In this document: positions 45,714 to 52,571 of the stretch, one piece after another
How positions within the stretch are numbered: position 1 is the stretch's first letter
How the letters are laid out: the number at the start of each line of letters is the position of its first letter
Assembly (NCBI GenBank): GCA_964520885.1
Contig: CAZFQD010000001.1
Location: forward strand, 1 to 52,571
DNA length: 52,571 nucleotides
Source: an uncultured Oscillospiraceae bacterium
GTDB lineage: Bacteria; Bacillota; Clostridia; Oscillospirales; SIG519
Direction of reading: 5' to 3'
Made by a program: the position numbers and the translations under genes
The notes under the pieces: model-generated
Told to the model about the DNA's origin: nothing
Databases searched by the model: none
What the model saw: only the letters and a program-made list of their open reading frames with translations

Positions 45714-46961
45714 ATGAGTGATACCGCACTGCAAGAAGTTACAAGATGTTTAAAATGCAAAAATGCACCTTGTATGAAAGCATGCCCTGTCCAAACACCT
45801 TTACATAAGGCATTTGACCTTTTGGAAAATGGAGAAATTGAAAAGGCGGGCAAGTTGCTTTTTGACAATAATCCTCTCTCAATTGCTTGTGCTCATGTTT
45901 GTCCTCAAGAGTTACAATGTGAAGGCAACTGTGTATTAGGAATAAAAAGCCTTCCCATTAGGGTGCATGAGGTTGAAAAATATATTTCAAATTTCTATTT
46001 GGATTTAAAAGAAAAAGATGTCCCGAAAGCGGATATAAACAAAAGAGTGGCAATTATTGGAGCCGGTCCCGCAGGCATTACTATTGCAATTGTTTTAGCC
46101 AAAAAGGGTTATGCAACTACTATTTTTGAAGTTTATGATAAAATAGGTGGTGTTTTGCAATATGGAATACCTGAATTTAGATTGCCAAAGCAAATTTTAG
46201 AACGATTAAAGCAGAAAATGCTGGATATGGGTATAAAAATTCGCCCCAATACTCTTATTGGGCAAACTATTACAATAGATGATTTACTTAATGATGGTTA
46301 TAAAGCTGTTTTTATTGGCACAGGAGTTTGGAAAGCCAACACTTTAAAAATTAAAGGCGAAACATTTGGCAATGCCCATTATGCTATTGATTATTTAAAA
46401 ATGCCTCAATCATATAACCTTGGAAACAGCGTTTGTGTAATTGGTGCCGGAAATGTTGCAATTGATGTTGCCCGCACTGCTTTAAGAAATGGAGTAAGAG
46501 AAGTAACAATAATGAACAAAGGCAATGAATATGATATGGCATCCTTAAAATCAGGAATTGCTTATGCCAAGTTGGATGGGGTTAAGCTTTTGCACTTTAA
46601 AATGCCGATAGAAATTTTAGATGATGGTGTAAAATATTTAGAAACTTGTTATAACGATGGAAACTTACTTATTGTAAAAGAAAACAGTGAGGGATTTTTT
46701 CCTTGTAGCAGTGTAATTATTTCAATAGGACAAGGACCTCGTTCTCTGATAGTTTCAAGCACAAAAAATATTTCAGTGAATAATAAAGGGCTTGTTATAA
46801 CTGATAAAGAAGGTAAAACTTCAAAGGAAGGCGTTTTTTCCTCTGGTGATGTGGTTACCGGTGCAAAATCAGTTGTTCAAGCTGTTGTGCAATCTAAAAT
46901 AGTTGCTGATAATATAGATAAATATGTAACTGAACTCTTAAAAAAAGAAAAGAGACCTTGA
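45714..46961 (+). CDS. NAD(P)H-dependent oxidoreductase of the GltD/NfnB/SudA family (glutamate synthase small-subunit-like)
   Basis: Start at MSDTALQE (ATG 45714). N-terminal Fe-S motifs CLKCKNAPCMKACP and CAHVCPQELQCEGNC. FAD/NAD folds IIGAGPAGITIA and VIGAGNVAIDVA. Confidence 0.8.
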   Translation: MSDTALQEVTRCLKCKNAPCMKACPVQTPLHKAFDLLENGEIEKAGKLLFDNNPLSIACAHVCPQELQCEGNCVLGIKSLPIRVHEVEKYISNFYLDLKEKDVPKADINKRVAIIGAGPAGITIAIVLAKKGYATTIFEVYDKIGGVLQYGIPEFRLPKQILERLKQKMLDMGIKIRPNTLIGQTITIDDLLNDGYKAVFIGTGVWKANTLKIKGETFGNAHYAIDYLKMPQSYNLGNSVCVIGAGNVAIDVARTALRNGVREVTIMNKGNEYDMASLKSGIAYAKLDGVKLLHFKMPIEILDDGVKYLETCYNDGNLLIVKENSEGFFPCSSVIISIGQGPRSLIVSSTKNISVNNKGLVITDKEGKTSKEGVFSSGDVVTGAKSVVQAVVQSKIVADNIDKYVTELLKKEKRP

Positions 46962-47042
46962 TTTTGGCTCTCTTGACAATATATTTTTCTTATGATAAAA
47001 TAAATGAAAATTTGCATAAAAATATTATTAGGAGAGTGTAAA

Positions 47043-48197
47043 ATGAACTATTTTCTTACAGAAGAACAGCAAATGATTAAAGACCTTTCTAAAACAATAG
47101 CAGATGAAAAAATTGCTCCAGTAGCAATTCAATATGATGAAGAAGGTAAATTCCCAAATGATATAATAAAAATATTAGCAGATTCTGATTTGTGTGGAGT
47201 ATATATTGAAGAGCAATACGGCGGTTTAGGCGGTGGTATTTTTGAAATGGCACTTGTTATTGAGGAATTAAGCCGTGCTTGTGGAGGAATAGCACTTTCT
47301 TATGCTGGAACAGGACTTGGAACTTTTCCAATTATTCTTTTTGGAAATGATGAGCAAAAAAATAAATACTTACCCCAAGTTGCATCAGGCAAAAAACTTG
47401 CGGCTTTCGGTTTAACTGAAGCCAATGCCGGTAGCGATGCCGCCGGTGTTCAAACCACAGCAGAATTAGATGGTGATGAATACATATTAAATGGGACAAA
47501 ACAATGGATAACAAATGGTGGCGAGGCTGATATTTACACAATAATCGCTTGTACAAATAAAACAAAAGGTTCAAGAGGCTTTTCGGCATTTATTGTTGAT
47601 AAAGGCACACTCGGTTTCTCTTTTGGAAAAAAAGAAAACAAAATGGGAATTAGAGCTTCTTGCACTGTTGAATTAGTTTTTGAAAACTGTAGAATTCCAA
47701 AAGAAAATCTGCTTGCAAGAGAAGGAATGGGCTTTATTGTGGCTATGAAAACGCTTGATAGAACAAGACCGGGCGTTGCCGCTCAAGCATTAGGTATTGC
47801 ACAAGGTGCTTTTGAAGTAGCAGTAAAATACTCAGGAGAAAGAGTTCAATTTAGGCAAAAAATTTCATCTTTCCAAGCAATTCAACACATATTAGCTGAT
47901 ATGGCAATTCAAATAGAAGCTTCAAGAGCATTAGTTTATCAAACATGCAAATTTATTGATAGTGGTGCGAAAAATATTTCCAAAGATTCTGCTATGTGCA
48001 AGGTTTTAGCATCTGATACTGCAATGAAAGTTACTACTGATGCCGTTCAGGTTCTCGGAGGATATGGCTATATGAAAGAATATCCTGTTGAAAAAATGAT
48101 GAGAGATGCAAAAATCACTCAAATTTATGAGGGAACAAACCAAATTCAAAGAAATGTAATTGCACTTGAATTGATAAAAGAACAATCAACCAAGTAA
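47043..48197 (+). CDS. Acyl-CoA dehydrogenase (butyryl-CoA dehydrogenase-like)
   Basis: Start at MNYFLTEEQQMIKD after AGGAGAG. GLTEANAGSDA and QVLGGYGYMKEYPVEKMMRDAKITQIYEGTNQIQ. Confidence 0.9.
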   Translation: MNYFLTEEQQMIKDLSKTIADEKIAPVAIQYDEEGKFPNDIIKILADSDLCGVYIEEQYGGLGGGIFEMALVIEELSRACGGIALSYAGTGLGTFPIILFGNDEQKNKYLPQVASGKKLAAFGLTEANAGSDAAGVQTTAELDGDEYILNGTKQWITNGGEADIYTIIACTNKTKGSRGFSAFIVDKGTLGFSFGKKENKMGIRASCTVELVFENCRIPKENLLAREGMGFIVAMKTLDRTRPGVAAQALGIAQGAFEVAVKYSGERVQFRQKISSFQAIQHILADMAIQIEASRALVYQTCKFIDSGAKNISKDSAMCKVLASDTAMKVTTDAVQVLGGYGYMKEYPVEKMMRDAKITQIYEGTNQIQRNVIALELIKEQSTK

Positions 48198-48218
48198 TAG
48201 TAAATTATATTTAATTAG

Positions 48219-48236
48219 CGGCTTCAATTGAAGCCG
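48219..48236 (+). terminator. Palindromic hairpin after the acyl-CoA dehydrogenase gene (weak or partial terminator)
   Basis: CGGCTTCAATTGAAGCCG, followed by AT-rich sequence containing a short T-run. Confidence 0.35.
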
Positions 48237-48277
48237 TTAATTTAAAGTTTTTTATAAGATATAAAGGAGTGAATATA

Positions 48278-49072
48278 TTGAACATTATTGTATGTATAAA
48301 GCAAGTTCCAGCTACTGATGAAGTAAAAATCAACAAGGAAACCAATACTATTATTCGCGAGGGAGTTTCGGCAATTATTAATCCCTTTGATTCTTATGCT
48401 ATTGAAGAAGGTTTGAGAATTAAAGATAAAATTGGCGGAAATGTTACTGTTATGAGTATGGGAATTCCTGCTGTTGCCGATCTACTTAAAGAAACCATTT
48501 CTTTTGGTGTTGATGATACCGTTTTGCTTAGTGACAGAGCATTTGCAGGTGCCGATTCATTAGCCACTGCTTATGCACTTTCAATGGGAATAAAAAAAAT
48601 AGGGCAATATGATTTAATAATTTGCGGAAAACAAGCAATTGATGGAGATACAGCACAAGTAGGTCCTTCTCTTGCTGAAAAATTAGGTATTCCTCATACA
48701 ACCTATGTTAAAAAAATTGAAGAAATCCGTGAAGGATATATAAGATGCCAAAGAATGACTGATGATGGCTATGAAGTTATTGAAATGTCTTTGCCTGCTG
48801 TTATTACTGTTGTTAAAGAAATAAATGAACCGAGATTACCATCTATAAAAAATAAAATTCGTGCAAAAAATGCCACAGTTAATGTTCTTACTGCTGATGA
48901 TATAGGTGCAGATAAAGAATTATGCGGATTAAAAGGCTCTCCTACTCAAGTTGTTAAAACTTTTGTCCCCACTCATAATGTTAATAGTGAAATGATAGAG
49001 GGGCAACCAAACGAGCAAGCAAATAAATTAGCAGATAGGTTAATGAATTTGAATATAAAGATTAGTAATTAA
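48278..49072 (+). CDS. etfB: Electron transfer flavoprotein beta subunit
   Basis: Start at TTG 48278 (MNIIVCIKQVP) 8 nt after AAGGAG. Conserved NPFD and GKQAIDGDT motifs. Confidence 0.9.
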   Translation: MNIIVCIKQVPATDEVKINKETNTIIREGVSAIINPFDSYAIEEGLRIKDKIGGNVTVMSMGIPAVADLLKETISFGVDDTVLLSDRAFAGADSLATAYALSMGIKKIGQYDLIICGKQAIDGDTAQVGPSLAEKLGIPHTTYVKKIEEIREGYIRCQRMTDDGYEVIEMSLPAVITVVKEINEPRLPSIKNKIRAKNATVNVLTADDIGADKELCGLKGSPTQVVKTFVPTHNVNSEMIEGQPNEQANKLADRLMNLNIKISN

Positions 49073-49091
49073 GATTAATTTGGAGGTTATT

Positions 49092-50279
49092 ATGGCAGAA
49101 ATTAAAATAATTCTTGAAAAATGTATAGGATGTAAACTTTGTATTAAGGCTTGTCCGTTCGGTGCAATAGAGGTTGAGGAAAAAAAGGCTAAAATCCTTG
49201 ATAATTGCACTTTGTGCGGTGCTTGTGTATCGTCTTGTAAATTCGACGCCATTGATTTGCAAAAAGATGAAATAAAAGAAACAAATGATTTAGCCTCATA
49301 TAAAGGTGTTTTAGTATTTGGGCAACAAAAAGACAGTGTTGCTTCAAGCGTTACTCTTGAATTGCTTGGAGAGGGAAGAAAATTAGCCGACAAATTAGAT
49401 GTTTCTTTATTGGTAGCTTTATTGGGAGAAAATATTGAAAATACAGCAAAAACATTGATTTCTTATGGTGCCGATATAGTTTATAAAGTTGATAACCCAT
49501 CTTTAAAAGATTTTAATGATGAGTCATACTCAGATATATTTGTTCAAATAATAAATGAGTATAAGCCGGAAATTATTTTAATGGGTGCTACTACTTATGG
49601 AAGGTCTTTAGCACCAAGAGTTTCTTCAAGGCTAAATACTGGCCTTACAGCAGATTGCACTAAACTTGAAATAGATGAAAAAGAGAATATTCTTCTCCAA
49701 ACAAGACCAGCATTTGGTGGCAATTTAATGGCTACCATTATTTGCCCCAATCACAGACCGCAAATGTCCACAGTCCGTCCAAAGGTTATGAAGGCTTTAG
49801 AGCCTGATAGTTCAAGAACAGGGCAAATAATTAATGCAGATGTAAAAATACCACAAAATTTAAAAACAAAAGTTATAGATGTGGTATCAGAGCTTTGCGA
49901 AACAGTTAATTTAACCGAAGCAGATGTTATTGTTGCGGGTGGCAGAGGTATGTCGGACCCTAAGAATTTTAAGTTACTTGAAGAGCTTGCAAAAGTTTTG
50001 GGTGGTGCAGTCGGTGCTTCCCGTGCCGCCGTCGATGCCGGCTGGATAGAATATAGCCATCAAGTAGGGCAAACAGGCAAAACAGTAGGTCCAAAAGTCT
50101 ATTTTGCATGTGGCATTTCTGGTGCTGTTCAGCATATTGCAGGAATGTCCTCATCGGATATAATTATTGCAATAAATAAAAATCCCGATGCACCAATCTT
50201 TAAAATAGCCACATACGGAATTGTAGGCGATGTATTACAAGTTATTCCGGCTTTGATAAGTGAGTTTAAAAATAGATAA
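49092..50279 (+). CDS. etfA: Electron transfer flavoprotein alpha subunit with N-terminal 2x[4Fe-4S] ferredoxin domain
   Basis: Start at ATG 49092 after GGAGG. CIGCKLCIKACP and CTLCGACVSSC, followed by a canonical EtfA (GASRAAVDAGW, QVGQTGK, YFACGISGAVQH). Confidence 0.9.
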   Translation: MAEIKIILEKCIGCKLCIKACPFGAIEVEEKKAKILDNCTLCGACVSSCKFDAIDLQKDEIKETNDLASYKGVLVFGQQKDSVASSVTLELLGEGRKLADKLDVSLLVALLGENIENTAKTLISYGADIVYKVDNPSLKDFNDESYSDIFVQIINEYKPEIILMGATTYGRSLAPRVSSRLNTGLTADCTKLEIDEKENILLQTRPAFGGNLMATIICPNHRPQMSTVRPKVMKALEPDSSRTGQIINADVKIPQNLKTKVIDVVSELCETVNLTEADVIVAGGRGMSDPKNFKLLEELAKVLGGAVGASRAAVDAGWIEYSHQVGQTGKTVGPKVYFACGISGAVQHIAGMSSSDIIIAINKNPDAPIFKIATYGIVGDVLQVIPALISEFKNR

Positions 50280-50379
50280 ATAAAATTATTAACTATTTGA
50301 AAAATGAGTAGACAAAATAGGAGCGGCAAACCAAGTGATGTACTAAAAAAATATTTTTAAATAATTTCGAGGTGCAGTA

Positions 50380-51606
50380 ATGATACGAAAAAGAATAAAA
50401 AAGAGGCAATTATTAAAAAAGAAAAAGCGAGGCGAATTTTTTCTTTATTTAACAGTAATTATTTTTTCTGTACTTTTTCTTTTTTTAGGGAATAAAATTG
50501 CAACTAATGATTTACCTGTTTTAAATGGTGATTATTCAAAGCAAACAATTGTAACGGCAAAAATAGAAAAAATAACGGACAGGTCTTTAGAAGAATATAG
50601 CCTTGATGAAAATAATACGAATAAAATTGTTAAGATAACCTTTGATGCTATGATTCTCAGCGGAGCAGAAAAAGGAAAAAAAGTTGCAGGAATTCAAAGC
50701 ATTGGTAGCATTTACATTTATGATATGAATACACCAGAGGTCAAAAAGGGGGACAAAATTTTACTCCTATACAACGAAGGTCAGGAAGAAATTGATTGGC
50801 AATTTGTTGAGTTTGTAAGAACGGACAAGCTTCTTGTATTTGGCATTCTTTTTGTTTTTGCGTTGCTGTTATTCGGACACATAAAAGGGTTCAATACACT
50901 ACTTTCTCTTGTTTTTACTTGCGGTGCTATTTTTGCAGTTTTTATTCCATCCATACTTTCCGGAAAAAATATTTATTTATCATCTATAATCATTTGTTTA
51001 TATACAATTTTAATGACATATCTGATAGTAAATGGGTTCAATAAAAAAACACTTTCAGCCATTCTTGGTTGCTTTGGTGGAATTTTTATATCTGGAATAT
51101 TAACCATTATTATGGATAAAGTTCTTGCATTAACAGGATATGTTAATGAGGAATCAGGTTATTTATTTTGTGTATCGACCGAAGCACCAATTGATTTAAA
51201 AGCAATTATTTTTGCCGCCATACTTATTGGAGCAATGGGTGCAATAATGGATGTTTCAATGTCGATATCTTCTTCTCTTTGGGAAGTAAAAAATAAATCA
51301 GACTATTCTTCTTTCAATGTTTTGTTTAAATCAGGAATGAATATTGGTAGAGATGTAATGGGAACTATGGCAAACACTTTAATTCTTGCCTACATAGGAA
51401 GTTCGCTTTCCGTAGTTTTACTTCTTAGCATATATAGCACATCTTTAATATATCTTTTAAATCAGGAAATGATTGTTGTAGAAATCATTCAGGCACTTGT
51501 AGGCAGTTTTGGAATATTGTTTACAATACCTTTAACCTCTCTTATTTGTGCTGCAATTTACAATAAAGACATTAATGAAAACAGAGCAAGACAGGAGATA
51601 AGTTAA
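50380..51606 (+). CDS. YibE/F-family integral membrane protein
   Basis: 408 aa. N-terminal TM plus an extracytoplasmic domain, then ~6 TM helices with YibE/F-like composition. GAGGTG RBS. Confidence 0.7.
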   Translation: MIRKRIKKRQLLKKKKRGEFFLYLTVIIFSVLFLFLGNKIATNDLPVLNGDYSKQTIVTAKIEKITDRSLEEYSLDENNTNKIVKITFDAMILSGAEKGKKVAGIQSIGSIYIYDMNTPEVKKGDKILLLYNEGQEEIDWQFVEFVRTDKLLVFGILFVFALLLFGHIKGFNTLLSLVFTCGAIFAVFIPSILSGKNIYLSSIIICLYTILMTYLIVNGFNKKTLSAILGCFGGIFISGILTIIMDKVLALTGYVNEESGYLFCVSTEAPIDLKAIIFAAILIGAMGAIMDVSMSISSSLWEVKNKSDYSSFNVLFKSGMNIGRDVMGTMANTLILAYIGSSLSVVLLLSIYSTSLIYLLNQEMIVVEIIQALVGSFGILFTIPLTSLICAAIYNKDINENRARQEIS

Positions 51607-51731
51607 CTAGCATAAGTAAAGGGATAATAGAAAAGTTATAAATGTATAAATTATACCAAAGACACAGAACAGGTCTGACCCCAAAAAAGTAGACAAAATA
51701 GGGACGGATAATATATGCTAAAAATATGGAA

Positions 51732-51830
51732 ATGAAAAGAATGAAAAAAGTATATTCAGACTAGTTCAAAAAGTATGTAATAGAAAATTATTATAACAGT
51801 CCGTTGGGAATAAAAGTAATTGCCCAAAAG
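51732..51830 (+). pseudogene. Remnant of an IS3-family transposase OrfA N-terminus
   Basis: MKRMKKVYSD*FKKYVIENYYNSPLGIKVIAQKK resembles the YS.EFK...V..Y....S...IA HTH start of IS3 OrfA. An in-frame TAG replaces the Glu codon, and nothing follows. Confidence 0.4.
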
Positions 51831-51850
51831 AAGGAGCATTTTATATTATT

Positions 51851-52375
51851 ATGGCATTTTCTTTATTAATTTTATTTTCATCTTGTAAGCCAAATATTAA
51901 TTCATCAAGTTCGATTGTTTCAAACAATAGTTCTAATATGGTATCCTCTGAGCTATTAAATAAAGTTTCAAAGCTGATAATATTTGCAGAGGAACACAGA
52001 TATTAAAGAGCAACTCTCCTTTGGGACCATTTATTCCTATATCTGATAAACCTATTACTCCTAATGATTGGGAGTGCCTTGACGGAACTTTGTTGATTGA
52101 AAATGGAATTCCTTATATAATATTTTCTCATGAATGGGCACAAGTATATGATGGGCAAATTTGTGTTATGCCTTTGTCCGAAGACTTGAAAACACCATTA
52201 GATAAGCCAACCATTCTATTTAGAGCATCAGAAGCCCCTTGGACAATGGCTAATAATTGGAATGATATTTAAAAGCTTAGGTAATGAGCTTATACTTACA
52301 ATTCATTGTCCAAATAATACTCCGTTTGAGCGACCTGTTTTCTTTAAAATTGAAGAAAAAAATGGGCAAGATTAA
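51851..52375 (+). pseudogene. Fragmented GH43-like glycoside hydrolase lipoprotein gene
   Basis: Three pieces in different frames. Lipoprotein signal MAFSLLILFSSC ends at a stop at 52004. The middle piece is GPFIPISDKPITP..LDGTL...NGIPYIIFSHEW...LFRASEAPW (52021-52272). The C-terminal piece is [27 protein letters not shown] (52274-52375). The catalytic N-terminal part is missing. Confidence 0.55.
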
Positions 52376-52520
52376 AGATATTGTTTATACTCCAAATGTT
52401 AAAAACGTAGCAATTTACGATAAAATATATGCTGAATATGAAATATTACACGATTACTTTGGCAAAAATGCCAACGATGTTATGAAAAGGCTTAAAAAGA
52501 TTAAGAAGGAAACGAGGTAA
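52362..52520 (+). pseudogene. araB: Isolated 3' fragment of a ribulokinase-like (FGGY) gene
   Basis: [42 protein letters not shown] matches the conserved AraB C-terminus. There is no kinase body upstream. Confidence 0.55.
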
Positions 52521-52571
52521 AATATTATGCTTAAAAAATATGTGTACATCTGCAAATAATGATAGCGAATG

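Noticed and set aside
50308-51708. Direct repeat AGTAGACAAAATAGG (50308-50322 and 51688-51702) flanking the YibE/F gene, as a possible fourth bracketed insertion
   Set aside because: Only 15 nt are perfect and about 20 of 24 nt are similar. By my rough estimate, perfect 15-mers are expected several times by chance in 52 kb of AT-rich DNA. Neither copy is a gene terminus.

Overview
AT-rich chromosomal window from a spore-forming, Clostridia-type Firmicute. The evidence is spo0A, ypeB, miaB-ymcA-mutS-mutL-miaA-hfq synteny and yggS-sepF-yggT-divIVA-ileS synteny. The housekeeping backbone is mnmG, glmS with its ribozyme, a P-type cation ATPase, spo0A, the mismatch-repair and division clusters, ileS, a Wzz/BY-kinase module and an NfnB-like/acyl-CoA dehydrogenase/EtfBA operon. 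Accessory material interrupts this backbone. (1) Three cargo insertions each sit just after the stop codon of a host gene (mnmG, ileS, ypeB) and are bracketed by a direct repeat of that gene's 3' end. Their cargos are a dockerin-tagged twin polysaccharide deacetylase plus a membrane-anchored cohesin protein, a DUF4160/DUF2442 pair, and a BspA-type LRR protein with a dockerin. No recombinase gene is visible. The cohesin/dockerin set looks like a small non-cellulosomal surface-display system and is the most interesting content. (2) A dispersed composite repeat family occurs at least 7 times. Each copy has a locus-specific tandem heptamer array, a conserved ~25-nt core and a REP-like palindrome, with or without a truncated RAYT/IS200-like ORF. 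It occupies many gene boundaries, including both sides of mutS and mutL. (3) There are several structured non-coding regions: a terminator-containing leader before the ATPase, a hairpin train before spo0A, and an inverted array of 11-nt boxes before the Etf operon. (4) The right end shows gene decay (IS3 OrfA remnant, fragmented GH43, araB tail). No rRNA, tRNA or CRISPR array was seen. All alignments and motif calls were made by eye from the sequence; no database search was run.
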